In this document: piece after piece, positions 25,593 through 36,874 of the stretch
Position numbering within the stretch: the first letter of the stretch is position 1
Layout of the letters: every line of letters starts with the position of its first letter
Assembly (NCBI GenBank): GCA_973895155.1
Contig: OZ316892.1
Span: forward strand, 3,351,223-3,415,222
Source of the DNA: Marsupella aquatica
Taxonomy: Eukaryota > Plantae > Marchantiophyta
DNA: 64,000 nt
Direction: 5' to 3'
The notes under the pieces: model-generated
Seen by the model: the letters and a program-made list of their open reading frames with translations, nothing else
Database searches by the model: none
What the model was told of the DNA's origin: nothing
Position numbers and translations under genes: made by a program

Positions 25593-27190
25593 GACAAATC
25601 TGGTTTATGGGTTCATTGACGAAATGCTGCCCTTAGTGTGGAATAATACTCATGGCCCTGATGGTTACTGGATGTAATCCCAAGAGTCATTAGCATGAGG
25701 GGGTTACAGCCCACAGTACAGCCTACAGCCCTGAAGTGGCCATGGGTTATCATCATAGACTCTGAATTTGTTTTACCCAAGTCCAATAATCCCAAAGCTA
25801 GGCTGGCCAGGGGACTCTTGAAGTCTCGTAACCCTCAAGCCTGCAGGCTGGGCAGGGCATCATGGTTGATAACAAATCAATAAAGCTACAAAGAAAAAAT
25901 ACCCAAGGGTTGTATAGGCCCTCAATGGGGAATAGACTACAGTAGGGATTTTTGTCAATAAGAGATAATTATTGCTAAATCACTATATTGGTTAGGAATT
26001 TCACAAAGTTATTGAAACTGAGGAAACACATCATGTCTCTAGTATCTAATTAGATGGAACCTATGCGTGGATGAGTTGACTAACAAACATATATCAAAAT
26101 CCCCTTACTCGTCGTTTATAAAGTCCAAAGGGGAAGCTAGAGGTGGGGTGGGCTTCTAGAGTGAAGCCTCTAGAACTAAACTCAATTAGATAAGCTGAAG
26201 CTTAGACAGACTAGTATCGAGAAACAGTGTAGTTTAGTCAGTACCATGATTGACTGGATCCATTGGGAGTCTTGGCCCGAGTGATCTTTGGGGGCTTATG
26301 TCTGTTTTTTGGTCGGGTGGCGTTTGTCCCCGGCTGTGCTATTAAGCCTTCTTTCAACAAAAAAAACAAAAAAACTCCAAGGCCCCACCAAAATGATTGT
26401 ATGTGCATACAAAAAATGTGTGCATGATGAGAATGATAGGGCCCCACTAAAATTCAAGTGGGTGGAAAAAAGGATGTGCATGGAGAGAATGATGTATGTT
26501 CACATGATGACAAGCACCATGGTTTCTATCATATTTCAAAACTCAGGATGACTCTTAGTAAAGACAAAACTGAAAGTATGGTGGACCAAAAGTGGGCAAA
26601 GATGAAGCGGATATATGGTAGAATTGTTTTTTGGCAATTGTTTGTTTTGTTTTCATGATCTAAGGGGGCATGAATCAAAATCTGGAGTGGGAGTAAAAAA
26701 AGAGGATTGGGTGGGGTGATTTTTTGGAGGTTTTATGATGCAGCTAAATCATGCTTCATTTGTGCATCAACATAATTTACAATAAAAGCTAAATTCTAAT
26801 TTAGTTTCTTAGAAATCATCAAAAGAAGAATGGAATAACAAGAGTACAACCAAGAGGAAATGTGAATAGAGGCATAATTTATTGTTTGTAAGTCAGCGTT
26901 TGGTAAATTGCAGCGCAATTTGTTTTAATTTTCAGCTGGTTTGGTTTCCTGAACCTTGCCATGCACTAAAAGTTTTAGTCATGGTCCAACTTTGTATGCT
27001 GGACATTCCTATTGATGGAAAATTTGTTCAAGCGGGGTTTCCTTTCGTCTATTATTTTTATTGTATTAGGGAATATATATTGTCCTCAACTCTATTCAAT
27101 TTGAATGGGTAGTCGGGGATAGTTGTTTCAATTAGCAGAAAGGGTAGTTGGGGAAAGTTATTTCAATTAGCAGAAATATTTCCAACTTTT

Positions 27191-27357
27191 TTTAAAATTT
27201 TTTTTTAAATTTTTTTTAAGGGAAATCTGTGAAACCCCACAGAAAGGGAAGAGTAAGCCACAATAGTAGGGAAGAGCCAGCCCACAATAGTTGAACCCAA
27301 GACCTATCAGTCTCTACTCATTCAAGTGAGTTACCACAAAGTCATGCCTCTCTGGGC
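27191..27357 (-). mobile_element. tRNA-like SINE with A-rich tail and 17-bp TSD
   Basis: AAATATTTCCAACTTTT is duplicated at 27174-27190 and 27358-27374. Minus strand reads GCCCAGAGAGGCATGACTTTGTGGTAA (A-box-like), GGGTTCAACT (B-box-like), then an A-rich tail. Homologue at 41480-41610. Confidence 0.75.
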
Positions 27358-27403
27358 AAATATTTCCAACTTTTAACTTCTCTTTTCTTTGGTTCCCTGG
27401 CAG

Positions 27404-27850
27404 GGTGATTTCAAACTTTGCCTTCCCCTTGCTACCATCTCTATATTGACCGGCATCACCACTTTATATAACGCAGAATTGGAGGACAATAGGGCGTGTC
27501 AAAGTTCTCCCGTAACACTTTGATTATGGCTTCTTTGATTCATTATGGCTTAATTTTTTTTTGGACGTACCACCCTTGTGGGTACATATTTTCGGTAACC
27601 CATTTCCATTCTGTCCTGGCGGTAAGTGCTTTATGTTGCGAGCCATAACTCAGATACGTACCAGTGTCCTTTGACACTCCCTAATATCCATGGTGTATGG
27701 GTGGCTTAGCCTATGCCACTTCAGGTGGTTGTTACTAGGGCAGTTTCAAGCTTGCGGCTTAGCCTATCCCACTTCAGGTGGTTGTTACTAGGGCAGTTTC
27801 AAGCTTGCGGCTTCATCCTTGGGAGCCTTAGCAGCATGAATGACTGGCTG
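27404..27850 (+). pseudogene. Decayed exon 2 of a second BAT1 paralog, interrupted by a MITE and a 53-bp tandem duplication
   Basis: CAG|GGTGATTTCAAACTTTGCCTTC...ACCGGCATCACCACTTTATAT...ATGGTGTATGGGTGG...ACTGGCTG|GTAAGT; duplication at 27703-27755 and 27756-27808; homologous to 36271-36515. Confidence 0.85.
27491..27682. mobile_element. 192-bp MITE inserted in the permease pseudo-exon
   Basis: TIR AGGGCGTGTCAAAG and (rc) AGGGAGTGTCAAAG; AAT on both sides (or TA if the ends are shifted by one base); removing it approximately restores the GGPISMVYGW coding sequence. Confidence 0.8.
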
Positions 27851-28253
27851 GTAAGTGAATATAATCAATCCACCATCAGTACGTGAGCTTGACATCGATC
27901 ATACCTGACATTTGCAGTCCTTTCTGAGTCTGTAAGGGAATGCACCTCACAAGCATGCAAATCCTTTTCGTTGTGGGTCTAGCAGATATTAGAGCACAAC
28001 CATTCAGACGAGCAAAAGCACATTCAATTGAAAGGAAGCCATTGCAGCAAAATATTTACGCAGCGGGAGATCCTCCAATCTGACTCGTATCGCATTCAGA
28101 GATATATCCATTCCATGAGTGGCTAGCCACGAAGAGAATTGTAACGATATTGAACTTTCGAGGCCGAATTGCAGATTCAATATACAAGTGCTCACGCATA
28201 GACATCACTAAGAGCACCCCGTAGAAAGATGGAGCGTAAGATTTGTTTTATTT

Positions 28254-31200
28254 TTAAGAAGGGTGGGAACCATTCTCTGACCTCTGTAATGTTCTAACAG
28301 GGCCTTTGAACCATCTTCTAGCATAAAGAACCCAGGAACCGACAGTTAACACCAGTGTCCCCCCAATTGCCACAGGTGTGTAGTTCAGTGTCTGAGAGTT
28401 AATTGGATAATCAACAGGTAAGCAAAACATGATCGTCAAGGCGAGCACCCAAAGGACAGAAATCCAACCCACAAAGAGGCTGAGACGCTTGCCCAGAGCA
28501 AAGGGCCCCGGAATGAAGGTATTGCGTGCCACCGTGACTCGGAACAAGGTTGGCAATGCATACGAAATGTATAACGCGACAGTCGCGATGGAAATCATTG
28601 CTTGAAATGCCACAGCACTCCCCAAAGACTGCACCACAAACGCCCGACAAGAAATTAGAGCCTGAAACTTCTTCTCCAGGACAGTTTAGCAAAACCCAAA
28701 CCTCATGAAAATCGGCGAACCTGAGCCCACGTCTGAATAATAACATTTTCCACGTTGTCAACAAAACCATGGTAACTATGGACATATCCAAGGATGGCAA
28801 AATGGCCACCATTAGTCACACTCTTGTATCAGTTCAGTCTCGAGAAAAGGCTCAGACAACCAATTGCGATTGCTCTAGGATTTCAATTTCAGAGTACTTA
28901 ACAGTAAAAGGAAAGGCAAGTTCCTACCGGAACTGCGACAAGCAAGGCCATGAAAGCAGACAGCCACACTGCGTTCAGTGGAACTTGTCTTCTATCCACT
29001 CTGTGCCAAAGTTTCGAGAAGGGCACGGCACCATCTCTAGAGAAAGCAAAGACCATCCTGCGAGCATTGATACGACAGAGAATGATCACGTCGAACTTTC
29101 AACCGGAACAACTGTCGAAAATGGTAGTTAGATTCCTCACAGGGCAGGAAACATTCCAGTAAACATGTGTACCTTGAATTGCTTGTGATTGCGGCCAGAC
29201 TAGCGAACCAGATGGCAACACCCACGGCACCCAGGCAGATAATGCCCCCTGTTCCACTTCCATACCTGCTGTAGAAAGCATCATAAAACACTTGGCCTAT
29301 GGCATAGCCTCCTGCATCATTTCCTGGATCAAGGGCAGATTGTGGATCTGGGGTGCCGAAGACGATGCCCAACATATAGGCAAAACCGAGTATACTCGAA
29401 ATAATTACAGCACTCAAGATGCCATAAGCTCCGTTCCTATCGGAGGCTTTGGTCTCTTCCGTCTACATACAGATCAAAAGTTTTGCCTTAGACACTTGCG
29501 TAGATATTTCAATTGAATCCTCCACAACAATAATCGGAGAATTGAATGCCACAGGACCTTCACCTGCAGGGCTACTACCACGATGCAGCCCAAGAATGAA
29601 AAGGTTCAGGAGAAAGATTACCATATGCGCAGACATATCATAGCCTGTGAAAGCATATGGCCATATCAACATTCCCAATACAAAGATGTAAGGTTTGCTG
29701 TGTATTCCGGCACCAGTGTCGGTGTTGAAAGAAGTAAATACAGACTCGGCACTTTGTCGTTCATTTGAAACTAGCGGAATCAAGACCATCAAGACTAATA
29801 CTCCTGGAAACAGAGGTGACGAAGGCTTTCAGAGAAGGATAATCCAATCCAGTATAATAACATGCCCCATCTATAGCTTCTGTTCCCGCTTGTTATTTGG
29901 AAGACTGTTGGCTGGAAGTGGTAGCGTATGGCTGTAATTTGTAATCATTAATGGAAATATCACAGTCGACCTCGTATCGAATTCTAGGTACAGGGAGGAA
30001 CAAGAGTATTATACTGAACCGGGTCCAGTTTATTGCGAGTGAGAAACGTACCAATAAGATTCCAAATTGATCCCAGGCTTCCCAGGTAGGCGAGAACCGT
30101 AATAGAGACGCTGTTGAGGAGAGCATGCATAAACAAATAGCTAGCATGGAAAGCAAGTACAAGATACTTGGATGCATAGTATCCGCCTCCATTTGATCCT
30201 CCTGTGCAAAGTAATATCATAGCTTGCAACAAAATTGCCGAAGAAAACTCCCCAGTGGCTGTCCCTGTCCACTGCATCATCATCAGTCACATGCTAATCA
30301 GTAAAGAGGATGGCCACAGCCCCATCAACCAGTGAAACGAAGAGCTGGCAGATGCCAAGAGCATTGTCTTAGGCACCAGGAAAAGAATTCTCCTGAATTA
30401 AAAAAGAACGTGAGGCGCGCTTAGCTACCAGTTTAGCCTTGTTCCTTATGACCTTGAATAACATGTACTATAATTATAACTACGGATCTACTTATAATTG
30501 ACACAGTCGCTAAGCTGATACAGGAATTGGGTACAACAGCATTGTGTCGAATGTAATGCAATTGGTTTTTGGTCAACGGAGTGATGACGTGTAACGGACC
30601 TGGCCAACCAAGTTAAACCTGCAACGAAGAAATAGTGGCATTACTCAATTGTGTTAGAGGTAACTGGGGTTCAGATTTATTGGTCAACATACAGAAAGTA
30701 ACTTACACTAAAAGACCAACAACATTCATCCATACCGTTAGAGGTTAGGCGTATTGTATGACATGGCGATAAAACGAAACGCTATCATTCCGAGTAGCGT
30801 GGAAAGTATTTGTGGCTACAGTCATAGAAACTCACTCACCAGCCAGTCATCCATGCAGCAAAGGGTCCCCAAGATGGCCCACAAAGCTGATAACTCCAAT
30901 AGTATAGACCCCCTGAAGTAGGAAAAGCAGAGCAGATCTCAGCCATGGAGACAGCCACGCACAGATTAAAGAACCCTGCAATAACCCACCCGTACACCAT
31001 TGAAATTGGTCCTCCATATCTAAGCCCCGTGCCATAAAGAATGGAGACGCCAGCCAATATGGCGATGATGCTAAATGAGAACGCAAAGTTGGAAACCACC
31101 CTGCCAATCAAACCAACAGAAATAAGGTACAGTTGGACGTCATCTTGCTAAGAAAAACGTAGCAAACAAGAATTTTTATCGAAGTATACTGAAAAATAGA

Positions 31201-31863
31201 GAAGAATAATTTTGTGTCCTTTCCAAAAACCATCAGGATTTATATGTATTTGATAAACTCAGCAGAATTCCAAATAGAATCCCTCAGATTTTCCACGCAT
31301 TTTCATAGTTTCTACGGGAAACCTCTGTAGAAATGAATTCAAAGAACAAGTGAGGGACAGGAGGGATCCACTTAAGTTCCCTGTGACAATAAATCAAGAC
31401 ATCCAACTATATCTTGATCAGGACTATCAGATTTTTGGCACTAAACAAAGTCTTCCGGTACTCTGGACCGTTGTCAGCAACCTATGAACTACCTCCTTAG
31501 ATTATTCAAACTCTAGTACGCACAATTATAACCAGTGAATCAATTAGTTGAAAGCTTTTCCACGCCGGCGACGAAGTATTGGAGGCCAACAAAAGGCTAT
31601 GAACCATCCTGCAGGGTAATGAATTCTCATTGAGGTCATTTTCGCTAAGAGAATTGTGCATCGAAATCTCGTCACAGAGTGTCTACTTGGGGCCGATCCA
31701 TGGAAAGAATTGAATTCACTGCCGATAGGGAAGGTGCACACATGGAAACTTCGAATGGGGCTCACCCAAGGTCTCGGCTTAGCAATTGCTTGTAGCCAAG
31801 CTCTTCCAGACGCGCCTGCCCTGAGTCCTTGGGCTTCTCGCCCCCGTTCTCGGTTTCAACCAT
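28254..31863 (-). CDS. BAT1-like amino acid permease, copy 2, 8 exons
   Basis: Exon 1 at 31863-31766 (MVETENGGEKPKDSGQARLEELGYKQ); 19-nt micro-exon at 30618-30600; same exon structure as copy 1; ends RSENGSHPS*. Confidence 0.92.
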
Positions 31864-34800
31864 GATCACTCCCGGTACCTCTTGCTGCTTGTCCTGTGTC
31901 TAGCAGGTTAGTCTCATTAATTTTCAGAAGAGCTAGTCGGCTCTTCTTGGCCTTATACGTTACAGTGGGCAGTCTTGGAAGCAGCCATCGCATCAACAAC
32001 TCATTCAAAAGTGAAGATAAATCTGAAAAATCACGTCAATTGGATGCATCAGGTGGGAACTTCCCCTGGCTAAACTAGCTAGCTAGCTAGCAACACACAA
32101 AGTCGAATTGTATTCCCTTCCGCTCAGAAGCAAATCAATTAACGATGCACGTCCTGGAACCAGTGACATTCACACTGTAAGTATCTAATTTACTTCAATC
32201 ATGCTTCTTGCCTATTTTGCAAAATCACATCTGCTCAGAAATAAAATAACTAAAGCAAAGGTATCAGTTTACTGACCATCAACAAAGAAGGCGACGGGCC
32301 TACATTGGAATCTAAGTCCACTTGGGCTCAGCATTCACTATTTGTTTTGTTCTTTGTACGGCTCACTATTCTTTGTAGGGCTGGTTTTAGGGACTGTAGA
32401 CTTTAGTATGCTGTTTTCTCGCGAACTTTTCAGTTTGCTCCCAGCAGTGGGGATTTAGCTAGATTTTGGCAGATGTCGGGACTCTCAAGCTTATTTGGCT
32501 CATTGGTAGACCGTTACGAAATCCAACTGATGGCAAGTTAGTCAGGTGGTAGTTTGGCGGTCAGCTCAACGACCATGATTCTCGCCATGATTTGATCTGA
32601 CTCCTGCCCTCGATTTTTTAGATTTGGATCGCTTTCTAGTGGTGTACTGATTCTCAGTTTGAAAGAGCTCTTGTTCTTCAGACATATAGAGGTGAAGAAT
32701 ATTTATGAGCAGATCAATTTGAGCTGTGACAGACATGCTTTAAGCATTGCAGCTCTAAGATTAGCAAATTACAAACCGAAAATCTTGTCCCAGATCTTGT
32801 CTCTTGTAGCGGTGATTGGCACGGAGATTACTTTTTTGTTTACTCTGCCCAGGGGATTGTTGCCCTGGAAGACTTTGCGATTGTTGCCCTGATCCAGGAA
32901 GACTTTGCCAGGAATGTAGACTGTAGAAGACTGACTTGATGTCCTATCAGTCTCCCAGTATAGTACCGTTGACCTCGATATCACTAGCTGATCGACTTGT
33001 GGATACAGAAACCAATGTGCGGTTTTGTTTCTTCTCTTAGCATCGTATGCCCAAAGTTGATTCCCTCCGAAAATGGTGTTTTAAACACATGATCGGCGAG
33101 TGCTGGGTGGGATTGATATTTTATAGTGTTTAGATTTAGATTCGAATCTGTCCAACTCTCACACTAAAGGGGAAGGGGAGTGGTCTGGGTCTGAGTCTGC
33201 TTCTGCACTCTCAGAAACTCAGCTGTTGGACTCAGACTGTTGGTCCACTGTCATTAAGACTCCTACTTTTCAATTCAATAATTTAGATTCTCAACTTTCA
33301 CAACTTTCGGTCTTCGAAAAATATTATGAGACTATCATTCTCATGCAAGGACGGCTTGCTTTTGTGGGTCCTTGTTGTCTCAGCTTTCACTCTGATCCCA
33401 CAGTGAGCAGACGTATCTAGCTTTAACTTTGAGCCAACAGTGAATAGCTTTAACTCTAGGCTATGATCCCATGGTGACTAGATGTCCCCTTATGACCTGC
33501 CAAGAGTGAATTTTGGTCACCTTATTGGCCTGCGAGAGGCCTGTCCTTTTGTTGCTCGGCAAGCCTCGTTGTGCCCGTCTGATGGATTGGTGTTCTCTCC
33601 TTTCCTTGGATGTTGGGTGTAGGGTGGGTCCTGCCCGTGCCTCTCGTTTCATTGTGGATCTTTGGCCCATTCTCTTTGATAATGTCATGGGAGTTGAGGA
33701 TCATGACATTTTGCCCTTCTAGGTTTACCATGCTTGATCATTGCTACCCTAAACTCCGGCTTCCGGTTGTGGCATCAACTTATTAGAACTAACAAAAAAT
33801 ATCAAAATTCAATTACTTTTGAAAACATTTACTTGTCTTTTGACTTATATAGTTACACAAATTATTTATAAGTTGGCACACTAAGTTACTACTGGGTTCT
33901 GAATAATGGTGACTCTGAGTGGTGGCCTAGCCACCCAGTGCCCTCACCAATCCCAACATACTTGCCTCAGTGCCTTTGGTGCCCAAATGCATACACAGAA
34001 TTTGGTACCTAGCACCCCCAACAATAACTCTCATACAAAGCCGCACTTGCTCCCTAACCCAATCGTAGTTCAATGGTCCTCACTATATGCACAAGCAACC
34101 AAACACCTTGGTAAGTAACCCCACCCCCCCCCCCGGTAACCCCATAGGATCTAGGAACTCGTCTAGCAACTCCAAAACTAGTGTCTCGACTCAAGCTCAA
34201 CAGACATTGGTAAGTAGGTCAGCAAATAGAACCTCTCGAGCCCGCATGGCCTTGCCATAAGCCGAAGCCAGAGCCGACATCCACTATTCATCAAAAACAT
34301 CCCCTCTTTGGGTGCAGCCCGTGCTTCCCCAGATCCTATTTGTCACTGGCTAATCGTCCTACCCCCAGGACATGCTCATGTCCCAAGTAAGCTAGCTTGT
34401 TCTAAAGCTTGTCCCATGTTTGTCCTAAACGTCGGGATCGATTTGGCCCCGACTCTAGCAACCATCTTTACGGTTCTACCCAGCTGAGAGTCTAGGAGCC
34501 AAATGCACTTGGACCTCTACACCCGTGCCTACTTTGCATTGTGTCCCCACCAGAGGCTCCCGTGAGAAACTAAATGTGCTTGATTGCTGTTTTGATAGGA
34601 TTTGGCAAGTGGGCAAGATAGCCCCTGCAATCCTTGAGAGCCAAAGGCACCCCAAAGACCCAGATAAGCTCAAGAGGATCTATTCTTCCTCAGGAGCTTT
34701 GTAACGCATCCAATAAGTTCTCCAGCAGACTCCCTGTTGAGAAATTTTTATTATCATTTTTGTTTAGTGTTTCTCCTTAGTGTTGTGACTCACGACTTGG

Positions 34801-35855
34801 GCTCGCCCTTGGCACCAAGGGAGACATCACTCCCCTCATATATGATTTTGTAGACCTGCTACCCTTGGACCAACTTTGGTCCCCTATATTTGGCCCTCAA
34901 CCTGGGCTCCAACATGCACGCATGGGCATGCTCATAACTTGCTATGCTCATAACTTGCTAGCTAGGCATTTGTAAATGAAATGCCTTAACCCATTATGAA
35001 TAGGCCAACCCAGTGCTCATGCCTAGGCTCTCAAAACCCGTTGTTAGTCAGAGGTCCCGGATGACCACGCCCAGGCGCGCATTCACTGGATGGTACACAT
35101 GTGAAGCCCACAGGCAAACCAACAGACCCCAACATTTTGTCATGGACCCAATGGATGGAACCATGCAAGACCTGATCACTATAGGAGTGTGCTGCTCAAG
35201 TGTGTTGCTCTTGCTGTAATTTCTGAATTCCTCCTTTATTTGCCTCATTCTGAGGCCAGCTCCTCCCCTGGTTCTGGCCCCACCAGATTGTAGCACCTCA
35301 ACCTTCAGTCAGTTTGGGTTAATTTTGCTTTTTGGGGCTTCCCTGTTTATGTATGCTGACTTTATGAATGAAATTCATTTGGTTTTTCAAGCCAAAAAAT
35401 ATTTCTTGTTAATTCTTCCATCTAGCTTCTAAAGGGACTTCTAGTCAAATTCCTCTGCTTAAATCCACCAGTTTGAGCAAAAGTGACATAACTCCAGATT
35501 TCGTGCTAATTCTTCGATCTAGCTTCTAAAGAATCAGTAAATGTAGTTGCAAACGTTGCGTGTGAGTTTAATTATCAGTCTTTTTTACAATATTGCAGGT
35601 GTCCAGCTTCTCAAAATGGAGGAATTGAGATCTGTACTCTATGTCTATGTTATCTTTCGTCTGTGCTCTGAGGCTGGTTTTCCGTTCCTGCAATTGTGGT
35701 GAGACCAATGTGGCAGCGTTCCAGCAGGGCAAGACGGTAGTCATTGTTTGCGGAGGATCTGAAGGACGTAGTTGGGCAAGGGCAAGCATTGTACTGTTTT
35801 GGGGCAGATTCTGAAGCTGGAGAGCATGGTTGGATCATCGAAAGAAAACTGGATC

Positions 35856-36515
35856 ATGAAACTCGTCGACTGGGTTATGCACAAGGTCGACAAGGACACT
35901 GGGCAGGCGCGCTGGAGGCGCTTGGCTACAAACCAGAGTTGAAACGGTGATCTATCGTGAGCTTTTCCCAGAATTGTATTTGGCATTTCTATTCGAGTGA
36001 AAGCGGCATTCCAATTAGATCGAGATTTCCAAGATAAATTTGCCAAGGACGTCGAATGTTTGCGACTTGCTGTTTACAAAACCATCTTTAACAACATGTC
36101 ATTGAATTGCTAAATTGTTTAAATTATTAGGAATTTCACATTGCTATTGAAACTGAGAAAACGCGTCATTTCTCCATCTAATTGTAAGCTTACTAGATGG
36201 AACCTACTCATGGATGAGTTGAGTAACGGAAGTTCAAAATCCCCTTCACTTTTCTTTGGTTCCCTGGCAGGGTGATTTCAACATTTGCCTTCTCCTTTGC
36301 GAGCATCTCGATATGACCGGCATCACCACTCTATATGACGCAGGGTTGCAGAACAAGGTGTACGGGTGGCTCATGGCAGGGGCGTTGAACATTTTTGTGG
36401 GTCTCTCCATGGCCGAGATTTGCTATGCTTATCCCACTTCAGGTGATCCTTACTACTGCAGTTTCAAGCTTGCGGGGCCATCCTGGCGTCCCTTTGCAGC
36501 ATGGATGACCGGCTG
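35856..36515 (+). pseudogene. Truncated BAT1 paralog (exons 1-2 only, frameshifted)
   Basis: KDTGQAR/LEALGYKPELKR/DLS at 35856-35956; exon 36271-36515 encodes TGITTLY...VYGWLMAG...GLSMAEICYAYPTSG...LAGPSWRPFAAWMTGW; no downstream exons before it abuts the 3' end of copy 3. Confidence 0.87.
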
Positions 36516-36874
36516 GTAAGTGAATATAATCCATCCAACAACAGTACTGCGCTTGACATCTGCAATAATTCTTGAGTCTGTAAGGGGATGCACCTCGGAA
36601 GCATGCAAATCCTCTTCGTTATGGGTGTGGCAAATATTAGAGCACAAGCATTCATACGAATAAGCACAATTGAAAGGAAGCCATTACAACAAATTAATTA
36701 CTGACTAGTAGGACCTTCAGAGATATATCCAGTCCAGCAGTGGCTAGCCACAAAGAGAAGCCGAATTTCAGATGGTGTAAGATTCATTAACCATGTGTTC
36801 ATACATAGGTATAAACAAACTAGGAACACTACGACCATTCCGTAGAAACATGGAGCGTCAGATTTGTCCTCTTT

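Noticed and set aside
33440-35450. ~2-kb segment between the duplicated permease units
   Set aside because: Probably TE debris, but I could not find termini, a TSD or protein motifs
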